Source: Basidiobolus meristosporus CBS 931.73 (Eukaryota; Fungi; Basidiobolomycota). From it: DNA of 64,000 nt. A model generated the notes under the pieces. The model was not told the origin of the DNA. It saw only the letters and a list, made by a program, of their open reading frames with translations, and searched no databases. The stretch covers positions 62,001 through 126,000 of the forward strand of contig MCFE01000212.1 of NCBI GenBank assembly GCA_002104905.1, read 5' to 3'. Positions 14,901 to 27,950 of this stretch are shown piece by piece. Position 1 is the first letter of the stretch; every line of letters begins with the position of its first letter. A program made the translations under genes and the position numbers.

Positions 14901-15707
14901 TAGTGCTGACTATAGTATATACTATAAGCCAGATAGAGTAAATCCAGCTCTATTAGCTCTATATGTGGATGATCTTATTATGGCCGCCAATAACCTAGAA
15001 ACTTTGGAAGAGACTAAATCCAGCCTAGCTATGGAGTTCAAGATGTCTGATTTAGGAGAACTTAGTTACTACTTAGGGATTAAGTTCTCCACAGACAGAA
15101 GTACCCAGACTATCACCCTAAGCCAATCCAAGTATATTCAAGATATACTAAAGAAGTACAAAATGATAGACTGTAAACCGGCAGCTACCCCAATGGAGAC
15201 AAACCTTAACTTGGTCAAAACTCAACCAAATCAACAGAGCTTGGTGCCATCTGAAAGCCCTGACTTTCCTTATCAATCTATGATCGGCAGCTGGATGCAC
15301 ATCATGCTTGGAACACGTCCAGATATCTCATATTCAGTGGGAGTTGTCAGCCAACATAATCAGAATTATGGCTCTGATCATATTGCAGCAGTTAAGCGGA
15401 TTTTAGATACCTAAAAGGAACTGCTGATATCTGCTTAAGATACACTTATAAGGATTCAGAACAGGATCTTGTGGGATACTCTGATGCTGATTGGGGACAA
15501 AACTTGGAAGACAGAAGATCCACCACAGGATACACCTTTCTTTACTGTAAAGGAGCCATTTCATGGAATTCAAGAAAGCAACCAACCGTAGCACTTTCTA
15601 CTACAGAGGCAGAGTATATGGCAGCCTGTGAAGCTATAAAAGAAGCAATGTGGTTAAGAAAGCTCTTTACAGATTTAAGCCTATGTCAAAAAACACTGAT
15701 AATGTAA
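11999..15707 (+). pseudogene. Ty1/copia gag-pol pseudogene (gag, protease, integrase, RT, RNase H); no 3' LTR found
   Basis: Motifs EKLDGSNYQVWKVKM, CNYCKRKGHTSDRC, WYIDSGASQH, HSDLCGP, QQNGVAE, LYVDDL, GYSDADW, ALSTTEAEY. Several stops (e.g. 12152, 12965, 15412) and a frameshift at ~14770. Confidence 0.95.
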
Positions 15708-16729
15708 GATGGGTGGCAGACTCAGGTTGATTTGAAACAGTGGCCAGCAGGATCTGGTGGTAGAGTACTTGTTGAATGAGAATCCATCAAGTGCTAAAGC
15801 AAAGGCATGGTCATATATACCCTCAAAGTAGACCTTGCTTTGTAGCTGTTTGCAATGTTTGCCATTAAATATATTGGATATGTTTGTGCTTGATTGATAC
15901 TGAGTGCAGTACTGTATATCTTTGCAATATTTGTTGGACTGCATCAGCTTCTTTAAATGGGTATAGCTGGAATATTTCTGGAGTCTGAACAATGTTTTTC
16001 CTCAATGGTGGTGGATTTCTGATAATTTAGACATGTTGCAATGGTGGCATTTTTGGATGTGAATGCCATGCAACTGCTAATACATGCTGGAATCAGGAGA
16101 GTCACTAGGTCATATGCTGCCAGCCACATGATTATTACCACTTGTACCATGTACATGGAAAGTTGCATCCTAGAATGATCTTGGCAAGAAGTGGTAATAA
16201 ATCCCCAAAGCCCCCCATTACTAGCATTAGTGGAAATGCACCACTTCTCTAGCCAAAACATTACATCATTCACCAATAGATAGATTACTGGGCTCACTTA
16301 GCTCCATAAAGTGTTCTTAGAATTTGTTTCAACAGGTGTTGTCTCATTTCATATTGGGATTTGACTGGGCTCATATGTGGTACTATTGTTAGGGAAGATA
16401 GGCTCACTATCCATCAGTGAGCCTTCTGTGTCAGTGCTATCACTGTGCATGCCATATTTGGAAGGCTGAGGTGAGCCTAAAGGCATCACAAACTCACCTG
16501 ACTTAGTTTTTGCAATGTCACAAAGATGGCAAGGTGCCAATATAGAAGTATCAACTGGCTGGCAAGACATGTTGGTACAGTTGTGACTGATGAATGGTCA
16601 AATATGACTTGGGTGGTAAAGCACTGGTTGTGATTCTTGTTATACTTCCTATGCTGTTTGTGTGCTTCATGGCTGAGAGGCTTGCTGCAATAGCCACATG
16701 AGTGATCTGCAGATATTAAGATCAATTGG

Positions 16730-17260
16730 GTGCAATATTTAGCTACCAGTTGGCAGGATCACTCTTGGACAATTTTGCACTATGTAAGACAATATTGCAC
16801 ACTATGCCGCAATCTGACACAATGAGGTTGGCACAGATGATTGTGCCAACTCATAATGATTGCATCACTCATGCAATTGGATACTGCTATTATGGTAGGT
16901 AAAATCTGGTATTTGGATATATTTCTTTAATTTAAATGGAAATAAATGCATATCACACTATAAACTACACTCATACTTACTATTTAGGTTGCCATCACTC
17001 TAATTGGATGGTATCTTAGTGGAAAGTTGTTCCCAGACTATTCTGAAGCTGTCAGCCCCCAATTGGCTCTTTGACCAATACACAAGCTACCTGATTTGCC
17101 ATAAAATATCCCATTTTGCCCTTTGAGCAAGTAAATCCCTGATCCTAGTGGTTGGACAGGGTGTCATAGCTAGCACATGTCCAATTGAGTAAGTGCAAAA
17201 CAGACCAAATGGCTGCACTGGTGCTACAGATGATATATACGTATGCAGGGACTTGAGTGG
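16730..17260. mobile_element. Left-arm fragment of the PHIS element
   Basis: Homologous to 21570-22090 and 1-500. Confidence 0.75.
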
Positions 17261-17269
17261 CTATACTAC

Positions 17270-18300
17270 AAACATAAAGCTGAACTGTAGTTCTCTGCTG
17301 CTACTGTATCCATTCTCTACTCCATTTTGCACAGTATGTGGAGAATATTGCGCCTTGCTTCTCCTTTTGGGAGTTTCCAATGGAGTGGATGTGTGTGGCA
17401 ATAGGAATACAAGTCAAGTTGCAGGTACTACCATATGCCAATCTCATCAAGAATATTATCTTCAAGTCTGTCATGGATGCAATGAGTTAGCACATGGAGG
17501 ACAGCCAGAAAGAGTTGGAAAATATTGAGGACATATGTGCACATGGAGACAGCTATGCCTATGGCATTAAGAAGCTAAGCAGTCCCAATGCGTGGGTAAT
17601 CAGTTAAGTAATGCAAAGTTGGGTTGGTTGCCACAAGCAACTAATTTTATCAGGAAAACTCTACCAAGATATGCCAAATTTCTCATGGTCACAAGCCAAC
17701 TTCTACATCATTCAATACAGAATTCACACAAACAAAAGCCAGAGTGCACTTATCAGGGGGACTAGAATCCAGCAGGGAGAACAAATATATTGGCTAAATA
17801 CCAAGAAGCTCTTTGCGGAGATTAAGGAGGTATTCATGGTAGAAGTGGCAACAACCAAGCATATGTTTGCAAGATGAGTATGTTACTACCAGTACAGGGT
17901 GTATGGCAACTTTGAAAGTATCACACTAAAAAGCTGTAAAGTTGAGGTGATAGAAGTATGTCATATGCAGCAGGTGAGCATGTTTGTAGAGGTTAGTATG
18001 CAGGAGGCCATAGTTTTGTTTGATTCAAACTACATGTGGAACACCCAATGTAGTAGTGGGTAAGCAAATATAGAGGGGTGATTCTACAGTGGAATATATG
18101 AATTGCATTAGGGGAGGTAGAAAAAGGAAATATCACTTGGTAAATTGGTACGGTAGCATTATACAGAACCAGCAGTAGGCCAACATACTGCCAATATAAT
18201 GCCATCAGAGTCTTGCTGTGAGGTCATTGAAATACTGTCAAGCCTCTTGCCATATAAGGCAATTGGATGTCCTGGCCAACTGGATCCACTTAATATAGTT
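17270..18300 (+). pseudogene. Decayed CACTA/EnSpm (Tnp2-like) transposase relic, copy B
   Basis: Reads VENIAPCFSFWEFPMEWMCVAIGIQVKLQVLPYANL, resembling the fungal Tnp2 motif GP..W.FPMER.CG...IKSR..PYA.L once CpG decay is reversed. Confidence 0.65.
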
Positions 18301-18699
18301 ATAGAGCATCAAAAGACCGCAACATTGCCATGCAAATATTGTCACAGCACCAATAAAATATTGTTAAGTTTTTTCCCTTTATTTGGTTGTGAAATTAGGT
18401 TTTGTATTCCTTTTGGTTAACATTATCATACCATATTTAATTATAGTAGGCTAATGTTTTTTGTAATAATATGAAAATTCCATTAGATTACTAAATTTTT
18501 GTTTTAATATTTGTGGAGTAAAATCATATTGGGACCAAATTATTTTTCATAGGGTTACTATGATGGGTCATCACCGAATGTTGCATTCTTGTAGGTGCAA
18601 TGTCTCAAATACAAGTTTGTCTTAAACTCTCATGAGTATTGACTGAAAAGTGATCTACAAGCATCACATTGTTGAGTGTCAAGCTGTTTTTCCTATGTA

Positions 18700-20600
18700 C
18701 AAGAGGTTGAGGGAATATACTTCAACACTCACACACATTATTATTATCCCAACACCACTACTATTCATATAATCTTCCCACAAGGTAATGTTCAGGCTAT
18801 AAGCCATTGGTCAGAATATGGAATTAAGCAACAACCAAAGATACCAAATATAGAGAGAATCAGCTGGAGCTAAAGCTTTCCACCAGGAGCAATGCATTTG
18901 CCTTTCAACAGTATCACCATGCTAATGATCAGGTTGTGCATGGGTCATTCAAAGCTAAATGAGCCCTTGGAGATACCAGAAATATGTGACAGAACTGGCA
19001 AATGTAACAGAGCATCTGCTACACAAAGAATTGCTCACAAGCTTAAACCAGTATTTATATGCATATGCAATAATACAAGTACAAGGACCGGATGGACTAG
19101 ATATGTGTTTATTCAAATGCCCTTCTGAAGCAATTTGACCCCCAGTACATTGGAAGCAATGGGAGTCATGTGCAGATATTGTAGGCTGTAGCACGTGTGT
19201 ATAGCAGAACATGCATATATCTGCCACCACTGCATATATCCTGTACTTCATCTTGCTTGATGTGTGGAAAATATTGTGCCTTGCTTCACCTTTTGGGGGT
19301 TTCCTTTGATGCACATGTGTGAGGTAATTGGAAGACAAGTTGAGTTGCAAGTACTACCATATACCAATCTCATTAAGAACACTACCTTCAGGTCTGTGAT
19401 GAATGTGATGAGTTGGCACATGAAGGACAGCCAAGAAGAGTTGGAAAATACTGAGGACAGATGTGCACATGGGGATGTCTATGCCATTGGCACTAAGAGC
19501 TAAGCAGCCTCAATGCATGGGTGATCAGTTAAGTAATGCAAAGTTGGGTTGGATGCAACAAGCAGCCAATTCTGACTATGACAACTTTACCAAAGTATGC
19601 TGGGTTGCCCCTTGGTACAAGCCAGTTTCTAAACCACTCAATACATAATTCATTCAAACAAGAACCGAAGCATATCTATAAGGTGGACCAATGTCCAGCA
19701 GAGAGAAAGAATGTATTTCCAAAGTACCTAAAAGTATTTTTTGGATTCTCAAGAGGGATGCATGGCAACACTGATGGCAAGCAAGCATATGTTTGCAAGA
19801 TGTATATGTTACCAGCACTACAAGGTATGTGGCAACCTTGCTAGTATCACACCAAGAAGCTGTAGAGTTGAGGTGGTAGAAGTACGTCAACTGCAGCAGG
19901 TATGCACATGTGTGGAGGTTAGTGAGCAGGAGGTCATAATCTCTTCATTCAAACTATATGTGGAATAAAAGCAGTAGTAGTTGGTAAGCAAGCTAATTGG
20001 GGTGACTTTACAATGAAATACATGAATTTTGCAAGGATGTGGTAAGAGTCTTGGAGGTATCAGAAGTGATTTTGGGGATGAGCTGATTATGTGGTTCTCA
20101 CTTAATGATTTATTGAATGTACCAGTGATACTTTTACTTTTACATGATCTTGGCATAATAAGCACATAGAGTAGGCTTAGGAAGGTTTCAGAATATGCAA
20201 TTAATGTTTGGGGCTGTTTGGACAGCTTTGAGAATTTTCATATTATGGGTACCTGATAATCTGTTGAAATATTCTTGTAAATTCCTAACAAGGAACTAGG
20301 CCAGTATTCTCAAAGGTTTATAAGCTGTGATCTAAGTGACTAAGTTTGGTGAGTATTTAGGTGGAAAATCAGATTTCTAAAGCAAAGGGGAGGTAGCAAA
20401 ATCAAATACCATTTGGTAAATTAGTACAGTAGCATTACATAGTACTAGCTGTAGGCCAACATATTGCTGTTACATTACCAACAGATGTTTACATCAAGGC
20501 CATGGAACCACAATTGAGTTTTTTTCTATAGATGGCATTTGCAAGTACTGGCTGGTTGGGTATGCTCTTATAAGTGTATGCTGCAATAAGACTCTCAGAA
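18700..20600 (+). pseudogene. Decayed CACTA/EnSpm transposase relic, copy C, carrying a solo LTR
   Basis: Reads HHCIYPVLHLA*CVENIVPCFTFWGFP...QVELQVLPYTNL and is collinear with copy B. Confidence 0.65.
20038..20384 (-). repeat. Copia solo LTR
   Basis: Reverse complement of the 11621-11967 LTR. Flanked by AAGGA and AAGGG (near-TSD). Confidence 0.8.
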
Positions 20601-21194
20601 TGTCATCAAAATCCCACTAAGGAACCCCCCAAACACCATCAAGTTTACTTACCTATATAGCATTAGAGTCTGCAAAGCACCATCACAATCCTGTCATAAC
20701 ATTGTGAAGAAGGTCAATAATTCCAAGCTGCTGACATTGTTACAGTCTGATTGCAGGACATTGATGGCAGAACCAGATTGCAACCTCTTGCAGGACCAAA
20801 CTATTTCTCACTGGGGCACTGCTGTTACAATGCCAACAGATGTCCACATAAGAGCCATTGAAGTACCTTTAAGTTCGTCTTCATATATGGCAGTTGCATT
20901 TACTGGCTGGTTGGTACCAGTTGAATAAGTGTAGGCCACAATAATACCATTAGGATACCAATCAAATCCTATCAAAGGACTGCCAAAACATTGTCAAGTA
21001 TATTTATCAATTTATCAATAAAATCAGGTTGTAAAGAGGGTAATGTTTTGAAGCTGTCAGCATTATGACATCCTCATTGCAGGATCTTGATGGCTGATCC
21101 CAATTGGATCCACCTACAGGACTAAATTACTTTTCTTAGGGAGTATTGCAGCCCAATAAGTTTTAATAACCAAACAGTTAGTAAGCCGCATTTC

Positions 21195-21327
21195 TCAATA
21201 GTGAGCTTGCTAAGGATGTGTATATGGACCAGCTTGATGGGTTTGGTGACCAAGATAGACCCCAATTTGGTATGCAAGCTTTGAGAATCTCTATATGGGC
21301 TCAAACAAGCACCAAAAGCCTGGAATT
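21195..21327 (+). pseudogene. Copia RT fragment
   Basis: Reads LNSELAKDVYMDQ...SLYGLKQAPKAWN and is homologous to 14725-14840. Confidence 0.75.
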
Positions 21328-22249
21328 ATTATGAACAGACACAAGGCAGCAGAGTAGAGCTAGGTAAGGCAGAAAAGGAAAGGATTTAGGTGTGGCTCAA
21401 CCAGGTGAGGCTTGTTTACTCAAGACCTGTGTTTATCAAACTGAGGAATATGTCAAGAGGAATGAGGCTAAACACTTTTTGGCAATATTTATGCCAGTAG
21501 GTATTAGACTTGTTCCATTGTACTGTGCCAGGGCGCGCGGCGCAATCTGCAGTTGCAAAAGACAATCAGGCGCAATATTATAGCTACCAGAAGGCAGGAT
21601 TGTTCTTGGACAATTTCGCACTATGTGGGACAATCTTGCACACTATGGCACAATCTGACACGATGAGGTTGGCGCGGATGATTGCGCCAACTTGTAATGT
21701 TTGCATCATGTGCGCAATTGGATACTGCTATAATGGCAGGTAAAATCGGGTATTTGGATATGTTTCTTTAATGTAAATGGAAATAAATGTGTATCACACT
21801 ATAAACTACACTGATACTTACCATTTTGGTTACCCTCACTCCAATTGGATGGTATCTCAGTGGTTAATTGGTCCAAAAGTAACCTGAAGCTGGCAGCCCC
21901 CAATTGGCTCATTGACTACTGAAAAAGCTACCTGATTTGCCATCAAATATCCCATTTTGCCCATTGAGCAAGTAAATCCCTGATCCTAGTGATTGGACAA
22001 GGTGCCATAGCTAGCACGCAAGCAATTGTGTAGGTGCAAAACAGATCCAAAAGCTGCACTGGTATTACAGATGACATATATATATGCAGGGTGTTTATTT
22101 ATAGGGGTTCTGTCTCAAATGTGAGACGACCTTGATATTACTTATATCAAAAATTTGATGATCACTGATTTGCAATGGCTCAATTTGGATTGCAAAAAAA
22201 AAAGGGTTGCCCGGATCATTACAAATGTGAGTGATTCAAAGCAATCGCA

Positions 22250-23497
22250 TCATCTTCTCCTGGGTTTTTTTCTCACAGGGATTACTACTGAAGCATTTGG
22301 TAGTGACTCACTTTGCACACCTATACTACTTCCTGGCTGACTATCATCTTGGCTACTTGTGTATTTGTAGTCAGTATTTTGCCTCCTAGTTGATGAGTGC
22401 AATGCTGCAGCTTGGCCATGCTGAATTGCTCCAACTGAACCAACTGAACCGGCCTGTAGTGCCACGCGCTGACGCACTCTTTTACTTGCCAAGGGCTCCG
22501 GTGGTTGAGGCACTTCATGTTGGTCATCATCAGTCGGTTCACCAGAAGTAACTTGCTGATGGTCAGGCAAAACAGCACGCGCAGGCGTGCCTTGATGCGT
22601 TGAGATGGCCCTTGGCTGAGTTCAATGTGATGCCGCATGTTGACGTGACTCGGTCTGCTCCAATGGACTTGTGTCTAAATGAGGAGTTTGGCAAGTTCTC
22701 GTAGTTTTGCTCTGAAGCGCGCGCATTGACCTGACGCACGTTGACTTGACGCGGGGTGTTCTGGTAAAGGGTGTTGGTGTGGTCTGGACTGACATGCGCC
22801 GGCGCGCTGTGGTTGCAAGAGATGGTAGGGAGTCCAGCAAGGCGTGCTGGCACAATCTGGATGATGTTGCTTGCGGTCTGTATTCTTCCTCCTTAAGCTC
22901 ACCATCTGATTCCTCAAGGTATTCACTTACCCTCTGTCTGATACTTTGGAGCTGTTGCCTGGATGAGTCCTGTGTATATTGCTCTTGGAAGCCACTTAGC
23001 TCTACTAATATATCAAGTAGTACATTAGTCATTTGAGGCAAAAACTCATTCAAAATCTCTTTGGTTCCCAAAGTTGAGGCACAAACGGACGCATCCAGCC
23101 CGTACTGTGCAAATTGCGCGCAAAATTGTTCCCGCGTGGCTTCTTCGTCAAATCCCCTCACTCTCAGCTCATTCTTGATTTCAATACTTGTCTTGTTATA
23201 TATCTTTTTACATACATTGGCTGGCATCTTGATGTAGAACTCATGCCACAGCTTTCTACTCAAATTCTTCCATCTTTGTTGACTCTCTGAGGTATCTAGT
23301 TCTGCTAGATTAATCAGTAGTGCCCAACTATCTGTATGAAGGCTCATCATAGACACTTGGGCCATACTAAAATTACTTGGTGAGAACTCAAACGGATCCA
23401 ACATAGACTTCTCCGGTCCGGACCGCACTTGTGAGCTGGGGGATGGGTTTTGTCTGGGTTGTACTAAAGATGAGTTGAGGCTTGGCATGGGGACCAT
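22250..23497 (-). pseudogene. PHIS accessory protein (~415 aa) with one premature stop; weak Myb/MADF-like RWKNL motif and a basic C-terminus RKKPRRR
   Basis: ORFs 22622-23497 and 22250-22570 are in the same frame, separated by a TGA at 22622-22624 where copy 1 has CAA (ancestral CGA). Confidence 0.8.
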
Positions 23498-23856
23498 AGC
23501 AATGGATTTGGATACTTATACAGCAGTGTATTGGCATCAACCTGGTCTTATATGAAATATATATGAAAACTAAAGTGATTGTTGAATTTTCCATATATTA
23601 TGCATGATGCATCTCGGATCGTGTTGACACGGATCAGATCACATCAATCGCAGATTTCCTATTTGATTATAGACCTATGATTAAAGCATCAATAAAAGTA
23701 CCAAGGCATTGTTTGCAGATGATTTTTGCAACAAAATGATGGGATACATGGCAATTGATGGAGATTTAACCATAATGTGTTAAAAATCAGATAAATAATG
23801 CAGATTGCGCCGAATCAATTCAAACCGCCTCAATACAATCATCCATCAATTTTAAT

Positions 23857-24741
23857 ATGACTTACTCATCTGAATGGTCTTTTCTCATCAATCCCATCAC
23901 TACCACTGGATTTCCTTTTGACACACTGGAGGAGATCTATACCAAGTACTGTGGACCATCAACCCCAATCTACTCAAGGAGATCCCTTGTTAAGCTTCTC
24001 TGCTATGACAAGAACTATTGCCCTACAAGGTTTCATCCCACCATCCATGGCAACAATAGTCCTAGAAGCTTTCATTCCCAGCTGACAGCAATGGAGAACC
24101 ACCTTGCAGAGGGTATGAATGACTTAGAGCAAGCTTGGAATACCAGGTTCAGAAGCTCCAACAGACTTCCATATCCCAGAGTGTTCAGCAACAGGTTCCA
24201 TATCAGGAGTATTTTGGATACCTTCCCAGTGAGGATTAACAGACCTTCTAGAGGGTAGAGGCACTTTTATTCTGGCAAGTACAAGGCACACTGTGTGAAC
24301 TTTCAAGCACTGTCTGACATTGAGGGTAACATCATCTGGTTTAGTGGGCCATTTGCTAGAAGTAGGCATGACAAAGCACTCTGGGTAGAGAATCATCCTG
24401 AATCTAGTAGAGGGGAGAAATGTATGGCAGACTTAGCCTATATAGGAGAGGATTGTCAGAGATTAGGATGTATTACAGCTTATAGGAAGCCAAGGAATGG
24501 TGTGCTTAGCAGGAAGCAGAAGCTCTACAATGAGATATTTAATCATTTCAGAGTAAGGGTAGAGCACACATTTGGATATCTGAAGAGATTCAGCATATTG
24601 GCAGGTAAATACAGAGGAAAGTCATATATAGGTGAAAACAGCAGAATAGGTAAAATAGTTAAGACACTTATTAATGCACAGTATGTTCATGCAAGAAGAC
24701 ATCCACCAAGAGAAATGTGTCTGGAGCATTATGAAGAGTAA
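23857..24741 (+). pseudogene. DDE_Tnp_4-type transposase (~294 aa) with one premature stop
   Basis: Motifs ILDTFPVRINRP, RSRHD, MADLAY, RVRVEHTFGYLKRF. In-frame TAG at 24256-24258 (CAG in copy 1). The true start is uncertain. Confidence 0.9.
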
Positions 24742-25269
24742 ATAAAGCAAGGAAAGCACTATTCTGAGCAACATAAGTAAGATTGAGTAAAATTACCAGT
24801 AACTGTATCATACCACTGGCATCATGGTGGAAATTATAGTGCCAGATGGTGCTGTAGAGTGCCAGATCAATCCGACACTATAAACAGGCTGGCACTATGT
24901 GGCACTATCCAACGGAACAAGTCTATTTGCTAATACTGATGGAGATCTGGTGTCAGGCATTGTAAGCATGCTGCAAAGGAGGTATACTAGAGAGCAGACT
25001 AGAATACTGCATTAGGCTATGCAGTGGCAAGGTGGTCACATGACTTGGCCATGTGGCTTGAGACTACCATGTATGCTATGAAGCTACACAAACTCCAATG
25101 ATAGGCTCCCATAGAATGTTATGTTGTGTAACATTGACTTGGAGCTTCCAAGAAGCTGCTACAATCCAAAAAAGCATTCTGAAATGAACTGGGATCTCTT
25201 CACCAACCTGACTTGGCTTGTTCATCAGAGGTCAGCAATGTCTTGTGATCACTTCAGGAACTGCATGAT

Positions 25270-25900
25270 CAATACCTATTTGGAATCCTTGAGTTTCCAC
25301 ACATACATTGCTAACCATACTGTCCACTATCAGCCAGATGGTGCAAATCCAGCCCTTTTAACTCCATGTGTGGTTACCTTAATATAGTACAACCACCAAA
25401 ACACACCAGAGAAGATCAAACCCAGCTTATGTTGAGGTTAAAATGTCCAATCTGGGAGAGCACAGATACTACCTAGGGGTACAGCTCTCCATGGACAAAC
25501 ATACCCAGGCCATAAACATAAGCCAGTCCAAATGCATCCATGATCTACTTAGAAGGCACCATATGCGGTACTATAAACTAGATGCTGCCCCAGCAGACAC
25601 AAACCTTAGCTTGGGGCAAAACTCCACCAAATCAAAATATTTTGGTGATATCTGAGAGCCTAAACTTCTCTTGCCAGTCTATGGTTGGCAGCTTGATGTG
25701 AACCATGCTAGGAACATGCCAAGATATCACATATTCAGTAGGAGCTGTTAGCCAACCTAATCATTCATATAGATGTGATGAGTTACAGCAGTTTAGAGGA
25801 TGTTAAGATACTTAAAAGAAGCGGCTGCTAACTGATTGAAGTACTCTCATGGTAATTCAAAGCAGAATTATTTGGGATATTCTGATGATCACTGGGGGCG
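25270..25900 (+). pseudogene. Decayed copia RT/RNase H fragment
   Basis: Reads YLESLSF...QPDGANPALL...MSNLGEHRYYLG, homologous to 14870-15500. Confidence 0.7.
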
Positions 25901-27877
25901 GAATTTACAAGATTAGAGTTCTTTTGGAGGATACACCCCTGAGTCAAAAACCCAGAGAACACCAACAAAACCCCACCACAATATCTGCTTGGTTCTAAAT
26001 TTCCCAAGAGCAACATCTCCCAATATCACAGGTATCAGCTTCACAGAAGAGAAGCCCACATCCTTTGCAGGGGGCAACTAGGCAAACTGGCATTCACACC
26101 ATATCTGGTCACCAGCTGCTCACCATGTCCACCAAAAATTGCAACTGAAAATTTGAAGCAGAAATGCTGGCTGAATACCAGCAGAATACATTCAGAATGC
26201 CAGCACGGTATCAGCTAAACACCTTATCACTTCCAACCTTGTCCTTTTTCATAGGGAACCTTTGGGTACCAATGAAGGAGTAATCACACGGAACTCAAGA
26301 AAGCTACCAGCCATTGTACTCTCCACCTGAGAGGTGGAATTTATGGCACCCTTTGAGGCCACAAAAGAAGCAAAGTGGCCAAGAAAGTGCCTCAATTGCA
26401 CAGGTTTATTTAAGGTGTATCCTACCGCTATATTTCAAACCCTAAGAAAAAGTTACCAACAAAAGGCCAGCAGGATGCTGATGTGTCATCAGTTTTTTGA
26501 CAAGCCACAGACCCTGGCAGCTGGATTTCAGGTGCCATGGGTATGGAGCTCCAAATGCATGCCTTTGGTCATGCAGCACTTTTATGCATCATGTGCAACA
26601 TTGGCCCCAAATGGACTCCCTACCACAAAGCAGGTGAAACACAGGAGCTACCTTGCAGGAAGAAGAGCAGTCATGTTTCACAATGTGAGGATGGGTATAG
26701 GTCTGCAGTGCCCTCTGGCACACCATGGTACTGCTTGGCACTCATGGGCCAGTGTAACACTGTCCAACAAAACAAGTCTATTGGCTAGCTTGACACCTCC
26801 AAAAGTCTGTTGACCATCATCAGTCCATTGAGAAGGGTACAGACCCCAACTAGCCAGCATTAAAGCTGCGCCATCAGAAGATCTTGACTGCTGATGTGGA
26901 TCAGATCCACCCATGAGACTGCACCATTCATTGCAGGGGAGATGTGACATGGTCAACAAGTGCTTGGGAATATCTTGTTGATGCTTTTGTGTTTCTCTGG
27001 TTTTTCAGTGGGTAGGGTGCAGGGACCTGTGTAGGTTGGTAGAGATCAGGATTGCAGTGTATCTGGATCTCCATGTAAGTAAGCCAGTTGGGGTGTGGCA
27101 AGAATAGGAACTCTGGTGAAGTCACTGGGTTACCATATAATTCCCTGATCCTTCCCCCTCCCTCTACATGCACTCAAAACCTGAGGACAGCTTCCTGCCC
27201 ACTGGGTCACCTATTGTCACCGCCCATGGTGATTTGGTTGGTTTTGAGCGCTTACAAACCAGAAAGTAATAACCAAGAGAAGTGAGGCTTACCACCAATC
27301 CCCATCGCTCTGGGATCTGATTAGGTGGGGAATGGGGATGCCGGCCACATTCACCTTTCCCCTGGTCCCCTTACCAGCATAGGTTTCCGGTCTGGTGGGG
27401 TTTTGTTTGGCAACCTGGATGGGTGGAAATCCCATTTGGCCGCATCCAGCACCCAGGAGGATCCCTACTGACTAAGGGGTGGTACGGGGAAGGTGCGTGC
27501 GGAAGGGTACCAGATCGCCCATATAGATCCGGGTTGGGCACGAGGGGAGGAAGATTGGGATTTATTGGGGTGCACCGGATCGGTTCAAGGGTCGCTTGGT
27601 CCAACAAGACAATATGGATCTACGTGGTGAAGGAAGATGGTGGAAATAAGGCCGAAGGTGAGCTGGGTATATTATAAATATAGATGTTTGTGTGTGTATG
27701 TGTATATATAGATGAATAGATAGTCAGATATGGGTATGGAATTTGAGGAAGCGGGAGGGGGGAAGGAGTTCAGGGGAGTTGGACGGTTGGCAATGATATT
27801 CCAAGCGTCGTTCACGGATGCGGGACCCATGGGGACCATACTGGTTGGGGACGAGCATCCGAGCGCCCACCACGACC

Positions 27878-27929
27878 CCTACACCTACACCTACGTCTAC
27901 ACCAACACCTACACCTACACCACCACCAA
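27878..27929. repeat. (TACACC)n-like microsatellite in the 3' region of the malic enzyme gene
   Basis: Direct reading of the sequence. Confidence 0.8.
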
Positions 27930-27950
27930 CGCCACTCCACACGAACCGGC

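Larger units (their letters stand above)
21506..24924. mobile_element. Near-intact 3.4-kb two-gene PHIS DNA transposon (copy 2)
   Basis: TIRs AGACTTGTTCCATTG and CAACGGAACAAGTCT. ATT duplicated at 21503-21505 and 24925-24927. Two divergent ORFs. Confidence 0.92.

Noticed and set aside
27423-27677. 84-aa Gly-rich ORF downstream of the mitochondrial malic enzyme gene
   Set aside because: No recognisable domain, and it lies in low-complexity terminator-side sequence.
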